Origin: the human T2T-CHM13v2.0 reference genome, Homo sapiens
Length of the DNA: 64,000 nucleotides
Direction: 5' to 3' (one strand)
NCBI RefSeq assembly: GCF_009914755.1
Contig: NC_060934.1
Below are positions 42,799-56,991 of this stretch, piece by piece. The notes below the pieces were generated by a model. It ran no database searches. It worked only from the letters and a program-made list of their open reading frames with translations, and had not been told where the DNA came from. The first letter of the stretch is position 1, and each line of letters begins with the position of its first letter. The translations under genes were made by a program, and so were the position numbers.

Positions 42799-44269
42799 TA
42801 GATGTAGGAAATGATTTTTCAGTTCTAAAATTTTCCTAAAGAATTAAACATATCCACTTAAGGATGCGTTGACCACTGATCATTGTTGAATAATGAAACT
42901 TTAGGGATACTTACTGGCACATTCAAGTGAAAATGTTCTACAATTCCCTAGGTAGTATTTCTTTTCTCTAACTGAGCTGCTGCGAGGCTCGCATAGGGTG
43001 AAAGTAAGGTAACTGTAAAGGATGTACCTTGTTATGGGTCAGGCAGCAGGTTACCATATTGGCACATATAGCAACACATGCATACAGCAGAGATCAGAGA
43101 AAGAAAGTTTGTAAGAATTCCTAAAACAGGATAGCTTTCTAGTTTCTCAAATACTGCTTTCTGATTTAAACAAATCCAAAATACAGTTATAGCTAACGTC
43201 AGAGAAAGGAGTTATTAATTCAGCTGTAGACCATTAAACAAACAGACCCCAGGCTTAGGGGCAGATGGGATGCTTGGAGATGTGGATGTGGAGAGACAAA
43301 GGCAATGCCAAGAGGCCAGTGTGCTTAGAGCCTGGCCTCCCTGGAGTCCTCTGACAGCAGGTGGATCCCAATGACCCTGTGCTCCTGAAGGGCAGAAATT
43401 CAATTAGGAACTCTCAACTTTCAGCTTTGAGGCTCAGGCTAGTGTATCAGTGGGTAGCTCCACTGCTGGAGGAAAAACATTCTGCAGCAGTTATGAAATA
43501 GAGGCTAATAATAGGACAAGGGAGAGTGAAAAACATGAGGTTGGAAAGCATTGGCAGAAAAGATGAGCTGATAAAGTATCTACTTTAAATAAGGTCATAA
43601 TTTTGCCACAGTTTGGGGTGTTCTCCTGTGCTAATTTATAGTCACAATCAAAATCACATGGAAGCCTTATTTTCTTTGACAAGGTTTTATTTTCAGTGCA
43701 CTAGAAAGCTCTTTCCTTTCTGCCTGGGTTAGCATATGTGAAAGAAATAGTGATTATTTTAATGATATTAAATAGTAGCTTTGATCTCTTCCCCCTACAA
43801 GCTAACCAAAACATTATCTGGATGTATGAAATGATTCCTTTGTGAGCAAAACCTCTGTATCTATTATAATGTTTTTGTTCATCTACCTGAATCTCCCACT
43901 AGGCTTTGAGTTCATCTGTGCTTCCGGAACCTACCACCTACTCAGGAAAGATAAACTGGATCAATGAAAAATACGCTAAATACCTACCACTCTCATTTTT
44001 TAGACGACAAATTTGAGGTGTTAAAAATGAGACAGAAATGTTAATATCAATCTTCTATTTCAAACCTACTAAGCCCAAGGCAAAAGCTTACACCCTTTCT
44101 ACACTGCTTCATAATTGCCTACCTTGTGTTCATGTTAAATATGCAAAGAAACGTTGTATCCACATTTGATACATGACAAGAAGGAGACTCCCAGAGGGAA
44201 GGTCGCTTCCTCAAAGACGCCCACCAGTAGGTAGGAGGTCTGATCGCCAGTCTCAGTTCTGCCTGACTC

Positions 44270-44605
44270 TAAAGCTCTCGATCCTCCAATCTTGTCAAAT
44301 TTGCTTTATTATAAGAATCACCAAAGGCCATGGTTATAAATATAGATTCTCAAGATCTTCCTCTGAAGATTCTAATTTAGGTATCAGCTGGGACCCAATA
44401 ATCACGCATTCATTGTTGAGACCAATTTGGGAAACAGTGAATAAGACTAGTGTTTCTCAAACTCTAGTGAGTGTATGAATCCTGTGGGGATCAACTGCAG
44501 ATTACGGTACAGTGGTAGGTCTGGGGTGGGGCCTGGGGTTCTATGTTTCCAACAAGGTCGCAAGTGATGACTGTGCTGTGGGTCCACAGCCGCACTTGAA
44601 GCAGT
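44270..44605. mobile_element. Two adjacent MER5-family (hAT-Charlie) elements
   Basis: agtgtttctcaaact...gtaggtctggggtggggcctg...aacaag...gtgatg, with an upstream copy carrying agaatcacc...agattct. Confidence 0.6.
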
Positions 44606-45147
44606 GAGGAACTAAGCCTTGCTGCTCAGCTCACAATAGGACCCTTATTCCCACCCTAGAGGTCCTTTAGTAATTCTGCCACTACCACACACCCTCCAAC
44701 TCTGTGCAGCCCAGCAATTATGCCAGAGCAAGCTTTCCTGCATACCCTTGTAAACATGTTTGTGAAGCTTATGGAAACGTCTGTTTATCTGTATGAGTTA
44801 CCCTGCTAGTTCACATACCTACCAAATAAGAATCTCTGGGCACCTGCGACACAACTTCATCCCATGCCCATCTCATCCACGATGGTTTTAAAAGCCAACT
44901 GTTTCCACAGGTTTCTATTATAACAGGGGGATTTTATAGATCACATTTGCTATTCACAGGTTTAGCCTGGACAACTGATATTTTTCCCAAACAGTAGAAC
45001 TTTTAAGTTGGGGGAAAAATGTTCTCTGCAGCATTCAGATAAATGGATGAAGAAGCACTTCTTAGAGGTTGCCAATCATCACACCTCTGCAGGACTTAAG
45101 TTCATCTAGGATAACTCACCCGAGGCTTTAAAAAATTACTGATTTTT

Positions 45148-45505
<358 letters not shown>

Positions 45506-45944
45506 CTAAGTGAATTTTACAATGGAACATGGACTTTTCAAAGGGACGATTCTGATTAGTGAAATCTGTTCTAAACCTCGGCTTTTCTGATTCCTAGCAG
45601 GGTGACCCTTGGTAATATCTTAGCTCCAGTGGACCTTAATTTCTTCATTGTGAAATGGCGTGATTGAACATAATTCCTAGGTCTCCTCGAATTCTAAATT
45701 CAGGTGAAGAAACAGGGTGATCCGTCGCAATTTCATCTGTTTCAGTATATGCGTTTATGACATTTGTATCAAAGAAAAGTGGAGACATTTCAGAAACAGC
45801 AAGTATTTCCTGAGAAAACATAGCTGTTCTATGTGTTGAAGCACAAAAGATAAAATGCCAAATTAAGAAGGGTGTGACTGTCAGGGGAAAGACGGCACAC
45901 AGAAAACCTGTTAGTCCTTCATGCCAGTGCCTCACAGACTGGCT

Positions 45945-46260
45945 ATCTACTCACCTGAGCAGCTTTTAAAAATCCATTCTGTTTCAGTAGGTCTGGGGTG
46001 GGGATGAAATTCTGCATTTCTAACAAGGGTCTGGGTTCCAGGGGTGTCGCTGAACGTGCGTCTGGCCTTATCTAGCAAGGCTTTACACCGGAGCTCTTCC
46101 ACTTTAGCTGCAGAGTTGAACTGGCCAGATTCAACATTCAGATAGCCCGAACACATGCAGAGCAAACAAATTTGGATCTCTGTAAGTGGGACTAAGGCAT
46201 TTGTCTTTTAAAGCTGCCTAAGTGATTTCCATGGGTAGCCCTGGTTGAGAATCCCTGCTC
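45945..46260. mobile_element. MER5-family fragments
   Basis: tcagtaggtctggggtgggg...ctgcatttctaacaag; ggttgagaatccctg. A similar element lies at ~58710-58895. Confidence 0.55.
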
Positions 46261-47287
46261 TACTCTTCTGCCACAGGCCTCCACTGGGGCTTCCCAGGTC
46301 CTTGAAACTTTGGGTTTCGTTTATTTATGAACACATTTATCACAATGGTAGAATACAAAATAGGTATTTCACCCTCACTTTACCATAACCAGTAGAGTGA
46401 AACCGACTGTGCCAAGAGATCATGCTATTTATCTGGTGGGGTCCTTTACACACTCACAGAATTTTCCAGAGGTGGTCCTTATGAAGCAGACTGACTTTTT
46501 ATTCTGCTCCCCAAGCACCAATGCTACCACTAACACCGCTTGTGGCATATTTCCCCATGGCTACATGGGTCTCCATAATTGTCACCTTCAAGTTACCTGT
46601 TACCATGCTGGTCACCATACCCATGTTTAGTAAGGTTTTCCATGGCTGCATGTTTACAAGCTTTCTGATCATCTTTCCCTTTTCCTTCTCATCCTCACTC
46701 TTTTCATTCTCCCTCTTCCTTCTATGCATATTCATTGAGTACCTGCTCTCTGTCTAGCCTATGCTAGGTGCTTCATTGCAATCTGTACATGGATGAAGTA
46801 CTTATCTTCTACTGCTTCTTTGGAATTGAATACTAAGAGTGAAATTACTTGGTCCAGGAACATGAATATGTTCATGACTCTTAACCCAAATCTCTCTTGC
46901 CTGCATTCGGTAAGCTTCTATTTGCTGATTGAATATGTGTAAGCTTGCCCCTCCTTATTATTTAATGCTTATGTCTTTGATTGATGTATATTTTTTATAT
47001 TCTTTATTTGGCTGTAATGTGAATTTAAATTTTACTTTTTTCTTTAATAGTGAATGCTTTAAAGGCAATGAGAAACCAATAAAGAATATTAAGCGATCGA
47101 ATAACTTGCTCATTTTATGCATGTGTCATATATTTTCATCTTCAGAAGCTACCAGTTCATTCTCTGTATAGGCAGGGACAACAAGGATGCCTCGCAGTAA
47201 ATATTCTTTGATTTCACCAGAGCCTCTTAGCTTTGCAAATATGAGACATACATGCATCATGGTCCTGCAGGATGAGGGTAAGTAATC

Positions 47288-47367
47288 TGAGAGAAAGAGA
47301 GAGAGAGGTGTATGTGTGTGTGTGCGCGTGTGTGTGTGTGTGTGTGTGTGCGCGAGCGCACATGCGT
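47288..47367. repeat. Compound (GA)n-(TG)n/(CG) microsatellite
   Basis: gagagaaagagagagagag followed by tgtgtgtgtgtgcgcgtgtg...gcgcgagcgcacatgcgt. Confidence 0.85.
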
Positions 47368-48282
47368 GAGTTCATCAGCCTGCCCGACAAGGGATAACGT
47401 AACATAATACTCAAGTTCTGGGAGGGTAGAGACCAAGACTCTAAACCGTGTCCTTCCAAATTCAAAGCCAACAGGACTTGTTTGAGAAGAGCAGTGACCT
47501 TATTGAGATCAATGGCAGGAAGGGACACCAAGAGCACAAAGGGGAAATGACTAGGAGACCAGGAAGGAGTCAGATGGTGACCCAGGCTTAAATCTAAACC
47601 TAGAGAACAGTCATGGTGTGTCTGTATTGTCACATGGTGAAAGTGAATCAGGCTTTCCTGGCTTCCCTGCTTTGGGCTTTTGAGGGTGTGTCGTATAATC
47701 CTGGGAGGCTGGGATTTCTGCAAATAACGTTTACAAATCAGGTTGGATTGGGATTTTTGGAGGATTACCACTTCTGTCACTGGTGCCACCTTGTGGCAAA
47801 TGCTACAGTAAAAACTTGCTGTAGTGTAACCGATAGAATTTGACCATCATTTCTTTTACTAGGCGTTTGGGCTAGGAAGTGAGAACAAATCTAATATTTG
47901 GATAACCAGTGAAGGGGAAATCTTGAGCTTTCAGTCACTAAGGATAGGTGGAGGTTTTAGAACTCTCTTAAATTATTTATACAGGATTGTTTCGTTTGTT
48001 TTTTCTTACTTGTTCAGGGAGATCTGAATAGTTGTAGGGGAGAGAATGAATTGGAGGAGTTTCTACCTAAATGTTAAACCTCCTCCACACTCCCCAACAT
48101 CAACCTGGAAAAGTTACAGAGGGAAAGCATTAAGACATGGAAAACATTCTGAGAAACTCCAGTGAAATACGTCTGTGGGAGACAGGAACTGTTGTGAACT
48201 TGGAGTACGTGTGATTTGAAGCCTAGAGCAGGAGGCAGCTCATGGGGCTCTGGAGCTCTGGCTCTAAGCCAGCAAAGACTGA

Positions 48283-48823
<541 letters not shown>

Positions 48824-50569
48824 TAGGGAGGCTCAGACTATAAGGATAAGAGCACTAGAAGATCTGAGTAGTATTCGTGGATGGAGAGCAGAGGGGACAC
48901 AGGTGGGAGCTAATTGGGCGCAGGCAGCCATTTCCCCATCCTTCTTTCTCCAAATCCTGATAAGTGATGGACTGCACCCAAAGGAGTGTTTCTTCCTCAG
49001 GATGTTCCCCCTGGGAGATTGAACATGAAGCCTGGACCTAAGAAATGGTTTGGTAGTGTTGAGAGGGGTTAACTGTGGCTTCCTGGCACCTGTGACTCTC
49101 ACTTCAAGCTCATCCCATTTCCACTCTAACACCGTAGGAGGACTGCAAGTCTAACGAAGTCTAGCCATGGCCCCTTTTACATTTTCATTGCCTGAAAAAT
49201 TAGCCAACGCTTGGGGGGAAATGAGCTTCACAGGCCCAAATAATGACAGAGGAGCAGCACTATTTCAAAAGAACATGAATTAGAGAAAATCTTTAGACCA
49301 AGGAAAGGAAACAGAGACAATGATCTAAAGAAGCGAGAATTGAAAGAGAGAATACTAGATAGATTTGAAAAAGATAATCCACAGTAAAATGGGTGCGATA
49401 ATAACAATCCTTGCTTTACTGGACTATTATGAGGATTAAATGAATTGATATATGCGGTGCATAGGCTATAAAGTGTTTAAACATGGAGTATAATAAATAT
49501 TCACTCTTATGAAATTTTATATTTTGACTCAAATGTAGAATTTGGGGAAGAAGGACTCTGGTTTAATATATTGAGTGTGAAGTTCTAATTGGACATTAGT
49601 ATCTTTGTATATATGTATATTACATTTGAAGCTCAATGTAAACTGGGCCAGAAGTATAAAACCAGTGGTTTGGCATAAACTGTCTCTGACATTGTAGGAG
49701 AAAACTTCAAGTGGAATGGAAGCCTTAACAGTGATGTTTGTAGGGCATAAAAAAAAAGGTTTCCTGAAGAAAGGTAGGCAGATTCAACAAAATGAACAAT
49801 CCAAAAAAAAAAAAAAAGAAAAAAAGGAAAAACAAAAAAGCCACAAATTCAACTACTTTTATAATATTCTCAAATGCAATTTTATAATATTCAATATTAA
49901 ATTGTGTGAAATAGGAGAGCAAAAGTTTTGTTGCCATTCCTCAATCCTCCTCACCAAGGTTTAACCACAGTTTGTTGGATATTTACCCTCAGTTCTTTTT
50001 TTATGTCTAAAAAAAAGACATGTTTTACTCAGTGTACATGTGGAGCTTTTTACTTATGGCTTCAGGGATCTAACTCATTTCTTAAAATGACTATGTTGCA
50101 TTCCAAGGATGAAAATACACACTATTTCTAACTATTTTTCTATAGACAAGCAGATCAGATTTTTTTTGCAATTAACGCTGTAGTAAAACTTTTAAAAATA
50201 CGTATTACTCTTGAGTTATTGGAACTTATTCACAAAAAAGGTAATTAAGTTCCAGTTAACCAGTATGTATAGATTCTATAATCTGCCCAGAAACATGCTA
50301 AGTACTGTATATAAAGCATCATTGTGAAAGATAAAGGCAGTGAGTATTTTAAGAAGAAGGAGTGATTAGCAATGTCAAACGCAGCAATCCAGTAGAAATA
50401 CCCATGGATTTAGCAAGAAGTCAATTGAGATAAAAATAAGAGCTATTTGAATTGTACTATGTAGTAAGATGGCAGATTTCAATTAGTTAAGGTGTCATTA
50501 GAGATGGGAAAGTATAGAAATGAGTACAGATTAACACTGAAACAAATTATCTTCATATACCTATTTGAC

Positions 50570-51130
50570 GGGAAAAACATATTTTTGAGGGATTCTAGTA
50601 GAAGTGTACATTGGTATAACAACTTTGGAAAACAGTTTGTTATTACCACCAGTCACATTGCACATGTACCTACACTGTAACTAATCACTTCCTCTCCCAG
50701 AGAAATTCTTAATATTAACACTCCAGAAGACATGGACAAGAATTCCTAGAATAAATTTTGTAATAACCCCTAATGGAAACAGCCAGATTTTCATTAATAG
50801 TAGAATGGCAGCGGATTACATTCATACAATGGAATGCCATCCAGCAATGCTAATACCTACAGGTAACCACATGGATGAACCACAGAGGTATAATATTAAA
50901 TGCAAAAAGCAAGATTTGTAAGAAGATGCAGTATGATTTCTGTTAGACAAAGTTAAAAGGCAAGCAGACAAAATGGAATATTGTAAAATAATAAATAGCA
51001 GCAAGGGAACCGTCATCAAAAAAGGCAGGTTAATAGTTGGTGTTTTGGGGGAAGGAAGAAGATTCCATCAATTAAAGATGCATAGAGGGCTCCTGAATCC
51101 AGCATGTTTCATTTTCTGACACAGCGGTTT
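50570..51130 (+). mobile_element. Ancient L1M (L1ME-like) 3' fragment
   Basis: ttggtataacaactttggaaaacagtttg...catacaatggaatgccatccagcaatg...acatggatgaacc. Confidence 0.6.
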
Positions 51131-51587
51131 TTGTATGTAATGGTGATGTTAATGATGATAATGATTAAAGATCTTCTTTAAGAATGGAATATGTTGTAAT
51201 GGAAAACGACAACATTACAGAGATAACAATAACTAACATCTATTGATCCTTTTGTATTCTGGACACTATTCTGAATGCTTATTTAATCCTTATAAAAATC
51301 CTTTAAGATAAACATAGCTATCATACCCCATTTTATAGTAGAAGAAGCTGAGATACAAAGCAGTTAAGTAACTCGTCCTAGCGGCAGAGCAAGAAGGCGA
51401 TCAGCCTCCAGAGCTTAGATTCTCAACAACGTGTACAAGATTACCTCTGAAAGACTGAAAAGCTATTTCATTTGTGCTTTGATTTTTATATCTAGGTAAC
51501 TTTGTAGTCAATATTTTACTCTATTTGTGAGATTTATATCTTAATAAACTTTTCTCATATTTTATTTTATCACTTATGCTTCATGGG

Positions 51588-51706
51588 TTGGGAGACTTTA
51601 TCACACTAAATGAGACACCTTTGAGAGTAAGATGCTATAAACAATACTCTTGGAAAACAAGCATAAGCTGGGACTGTCCTGGACAAACTGGAACACATGG
51701 TCACCT
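51588..51706 (+). mobile_element. MER94-like hAT MITE
   Basis: gacacctttgagagt...gggactgtcctggacaaactggaacacatggtcacc. An opposite-orientation relative lies at ~60389-60517. Confidence 0.6.
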
Positions 51707-54151
51707 TTCATAGCAAGAAGGTGATAATGCAGCAAGGCCACTACTGATGAATTCTTTCCTTTCTTGTGTTAACGTGTTGCTTATCACGTGAGTTTTTGTA
51801 TGTGTGTGTACTTATGAACATTCTCTTTAGTTTGGTTTAAACCATATTTGCTCTTTTATGCCATTTCATATTGCTTTAATTAACTTTACTTTTAGGAGAT
51901 TTTAATTCCTAGCAGTATAAGTTCTTTTTCTTCACTGTTACACTTTATCCAAATATAATTTGATAATTTAAAAATTTTTAAAAACATATTTTCCTGTTTT
52001 ATAATTGTTTTATTTGTATTACCTTTATAGAAATACAATTTTATTATGTTTATAGAGTGCACATGGAAAAGAAAAATTTGCAGCCCATGGGATCATTACT
52101 ATTAATTGCTTTGCCTTCCAGTCTTGGCCAGAAATATTCATCTTTATAATATTTCATTTTATCCTTCTCATATGTAGTATTTCTGTGCATTTATTCAAAT
52201 GTTTTTATAATACTTCCTTTAGTAGCTTATAGGTTTTTATGGACTCATTCAAATCCCTTAATAATTATTTTATCAGGAATCTTCTCATTGCTTAACTAGT
52301 ATGTGATAACTAGTTAAGCACAAATTTGTGTTTTATAATGATAAAGGAAAGGCACAAATTTTTGTATTTTTATTTATATCTAGTTACCTTATGTACTAAA
52401 CATTTTTGTTAGGTAGATTTTGAATTGTCTGCCTTTTGCAGGCCTGTAATCCTGCAATATAAAAATAGTGCATCTTTGTTTCATAGACTTTTGTTAATTT
52501 TTTAAAAATCCAGTTCTCACATACTATTTTATTGATCCAGCAGTCGAAACCGATATTAAATATGTTAAAGCTTATTAAAGGTCCCATTATTGTATATAAG
52601 ACTGTAAAGTAGTTATCTGTACATTTTATACATAATGCATATGTATAAATATATTTTAGGCATAGACATAAATTTCTGCATAGTCCTTTTTATCAAAACC
52701 CATTCAATGGAGTACTTTATTCTCATTAAGCTATTCATATGGTGTATTAAACTAATAGTTTTGCCTGTATAGAAATATTCTTGAATTCATAGGATGAATT
52801 TAATCCTACTGCTTAATTGCAACCTCTAATAATGTACTTAAGACTTTAATTTAATATTCATTAGTGAGATTGGCCTGGCCTAATTCTTATTAAAGCTTTA
52901 TTACATTAGATATCAGTTGGCTTTTATTTCACGGAATACCTTCAAAAAGGCCTTCATTTATTCATTACATATTCTGGCAATTTGTGTAACACTGGTATTA
53001 AAGTTTGTTTATATTTTAAATGAATTTTCCAATAAATGAATCCACCATATTTGTTTTCGGTAGGGTAATTTTTTGACAGCTTCCCAATTCTCATCTCTGC
53101 TAACATTTTTCTTTTCTATAATTCAGGACTGCATTGTACATTTATGTAATTTTTTTCATAAAATCAAAATTTGTTTATATCTTCTCTCTCTTAAATGTTT
53201 AAGATTTTCTGTCCCCAAATGAGTGCATTTAGTAGGCTGTTGCACATACTATCAGAAATTCCATGAATTCATACCTAAATTTATTTACTTATTTAAACAA
53301 TTTATGTTTTTCCTTTTTTAAAAAAAACACATTTTCTTTAGCGTTGACTCATTTTTGTGTAATTTTTGGTTAAATTAGGTTACATGTTTTGTTTGCTTTT
53401 ACATTTTTAATAATGAAAGTACTTAACACCATGATTGTTTTTGCTGAGTGTGTATAATTGCTTAGTTGGTTGTTTTAATAGAATTGTTACTATGTTTTTA
53501 TTTATTTTCTCCTTCACTCAATTGTTATTTGGTAAAGAGATTAAAAATATAAAAGAGGGGATTACTATTTAAATTTTTATCTCAAAGTTTATGTTACAGT
53601 AATCTGACATTGTGATCTGTAAGCATAGAGACTGCATTTATACATCTCTACAGCTAAATTTACTGATTTTAGAATGAGGAAGAATTTTCACAATGGTTAA
53701 ATAAATGATAATTTTTCTAAATGTTTTATTAAAAACTCAATGTTCACAGATACAAAATTCAAACTCTTACTATTTAATTATCCTGGTTAAATATGTTTCT
53801 CATTCTTTTATGTCTTTTTATTTTTATCAAGTGGATGTGTTTATGATAATTTATCTTCTCCTATACTTAAATATTTTAAAAACAATTTTACTGCATCACT
53901 AAACATTAATCTGCTATTCCTTTCAAATGAAACCTTTTTGACAGATAATTTTGAATATAATTTTATCACTTTTTAAACTGTCATTATTAATTCACTTAAT
54001 ACCTTAATACCATTATATTAATATTGACAAACTTATTTAATTTTATTCACATTTGAGTCATCTGATTTTTTTCTCCATTTGAAAAATGTCTTTAAGTTGT
54101 TTGGGTTTTTCTTTTTCTCTAAATGCAAAACTTGAAACTATAAAACTTTAT

Positions 54152-55210
54152 TTTAGTTTTTTTTTATTTTCAACTTTTATTGTAAATTCAGAGGTACATG
54201 TGCAGGATGTTACATAGGTAAAAATGTTACATATGTAAAAATGTGCCATGGTGGTTTGCTGCACAGATCATCCCGTCACCCAGAATCCATTAGCTATTCT
54301 TCCTGATCCTCTTGATCCTCCCAACCCCCACCCTCTGACAGGCCCAAGTGTGTGTTATTCCCCTCATGTGTCCATGTGTTATTATCATTTAGTTCCCACT
54401 TATAAGTTAGAATATGCAGTATTTGGTTTTCTGTTTCTGCATTCGTCTGCTAAGGGTAATGGCCTCCAGTTGCACACATGTCCCTGCAGAGAAAATGATC
54501 TCATTCCTTTTTATGGCTGTATAGTATTCCATGGTGTATATGTGCCACATTTTCTTTATATAGTCTATCATTGATGGTCATTTAGGTTGATTCCATGTGT
54601 TTGTTATTGTGAGTAGTGATGCCATGAAAATACACATGCTTGTGTCTTTATAATAGAAAGATTTATATTCCTTTGGGTATATACCCAGTAATGGGATTGT
54701 GGGTTGAATGATATTTCTGCCTCTAGGTCTTTGAGGAATTGCCATACTGTCTTCCACAATGGTTGAACTAATTTACACTCCCACCAACAGTGTAAAAACA
54801 TTAATTTTTCTCCACAACCTCGCCAACATCTGTTGTTTTTTGCCTTCTTAATAAAACCATTCTCCAGCATCTGTTGTTTTTGCCTTTTTAATAAAACCAT
54901 TCTAACTGGTATGAAATGGTATCTCATTGTGATTTGATTTGCATTTCTTTAATGATCAGTGATGTTGAGCTTTTTATTTATGTTTGTTGGCCACATGTAT
55001 GTCTTCTTTTGCGAAATGTCTGTTCATGTCCTTTGCCCACATTTTAAAGGGGTTATTTTTTTCTTGCTAATTTGTTAAGTTTTTTATAGATATTGTACGT
55101 TAGATCTTTGTCACATGCATACTTTGCAAAGTTTTCTCCCGTTCTGTTTCTGTAGGTTGTTTGTTTACATTGTTGATAGCTTCTTTTGCTGTGCAGAAGC
55201 TCTTTAGTTT
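54152..55210 (-). mobile_element. Older primate L1 3' fragment (~1.05 kb; roughly L1PA10-16), 5'-truncated
   Basis: PolyT, 3'UTR (gtacatgtgcaggatg...catggtggtttgctgcac) and ORF2 C-terminus (RCWRGCGE...[17 protein letters not shown]). Internal ~41-bp duplication at 54823-54903. Confidence 0.88.
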
Positions 55211-56598
55211 TTTCATTATATATTTAGATTTATTGACTGTATTTATTATACCTATTTTCTTCTCAGACAATCAAGAATAACAATAATAGCTACAAAGTTC
55301 TCTTGGAGGAAAGATATAAAAAATACTTCTTGAGCAAATATTGTGCCATTAATATGCAAAGTGTATAGAATGATATTCACTGGTAGGCAGGTCTCAAATG
55401 GTGTGGAGCAAGCACCTTTTCCAAAACATTTCTCATGGTTTTTCTTCTTCACTGAGATTGAATTAGATTAAGCGTAATTAAAAATGGAGAGACTCTATAC
55501 AAGGAATAAGGAGGGCAATATTTTATAGGTAAGTATGCGAGAGTATATGAAATTGGGGATTTTTGCTATAAAGAGGGGATTGTTGCTATAGACAGTAAAT
55601 TGATATGATTTTAGATACAATTATAGGATACAAATTTTGTTTACAAATATTTAGTAAGGTGTGTTTATAAAATGGGTTGTCCTGCTGAAAATTGTAAAGG
55701 GGCAAGAGGTATAGTGAAAAAGAAAAATAAAGGCAAAAGCCAAGCATAATGTTTTAGCTATTAAACCACATTTCTGCTTTTCATGTTGTCTTAAAGTGAG
55801 CATATATTCATTCTTGCAATTAGGAGTATTTGATTGTAAAACTGCTAAATACAAAAAAATAAAACAGATAAATATAGAGTAATGCTAGCAAGTAGTAATT
55901 CAGTTGAAGGAAAAAAAATCACATCAGTGAAATCACTTTTCCATGAGGCTTTTCCATCAAATATAAATTTTTATATAGTTTAAGCACATTTGTTTACTTT
56001 TATTCCTCATTATTCTACCCTCTCTGGTCTAGAATAAGTCTAACATGGGCATTTTTAAAAGGCCATACATATTTAAACGAAAATGAAAAGATTAATAACT
56101 GTGCAAGTATTGAAACTTTAATTATATAAATTCTCAGGCATGAAAGTGTTCTTTGGCATTTGGCTGTATGTACCATTACTTGTAATATGGCTCCTTATTA
56201 AAAGTCTTTTTTATGCAAGAAGATAAATAATACAAACATCAACAATAGAGTGGCATGGGTTTATTTAGATATTAAACTGTTAATTATGTATTTGTCAAAA
56301 ATCATAAATCAGGACAAGTTGAGCTGGAGAATGAAATATTCAGCCTAGGTCTCATTGTCATCATAAATTCCTAATTTTGGTTTAAATTAAGGTATGGACA
56401 AGAGTCTTCATAGAAACATTTTCAACTCTTCTCTTCTTATTCCTTTCTCATTTTCTCTAAAGAAATCTTATCGAACATTTAATCTCAAAGGTCATGAAAA
56501 AGTATGATTGACCCATATTGAAGATATTTTTACTACTTTCCTTTATACTCGGAAAGATCCACTTTTTCAGAGACACATTAAAAATAACTACCCACTAA

Positions 56599-56991
<393 letters not shown>

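Noticed and set aside
47214-47789. 191-aa minus-strand ORF
   Set aside because: It runs through a CA/CT microsatellite (HTHTHT), has no domain, and is most likely a chance ORF.
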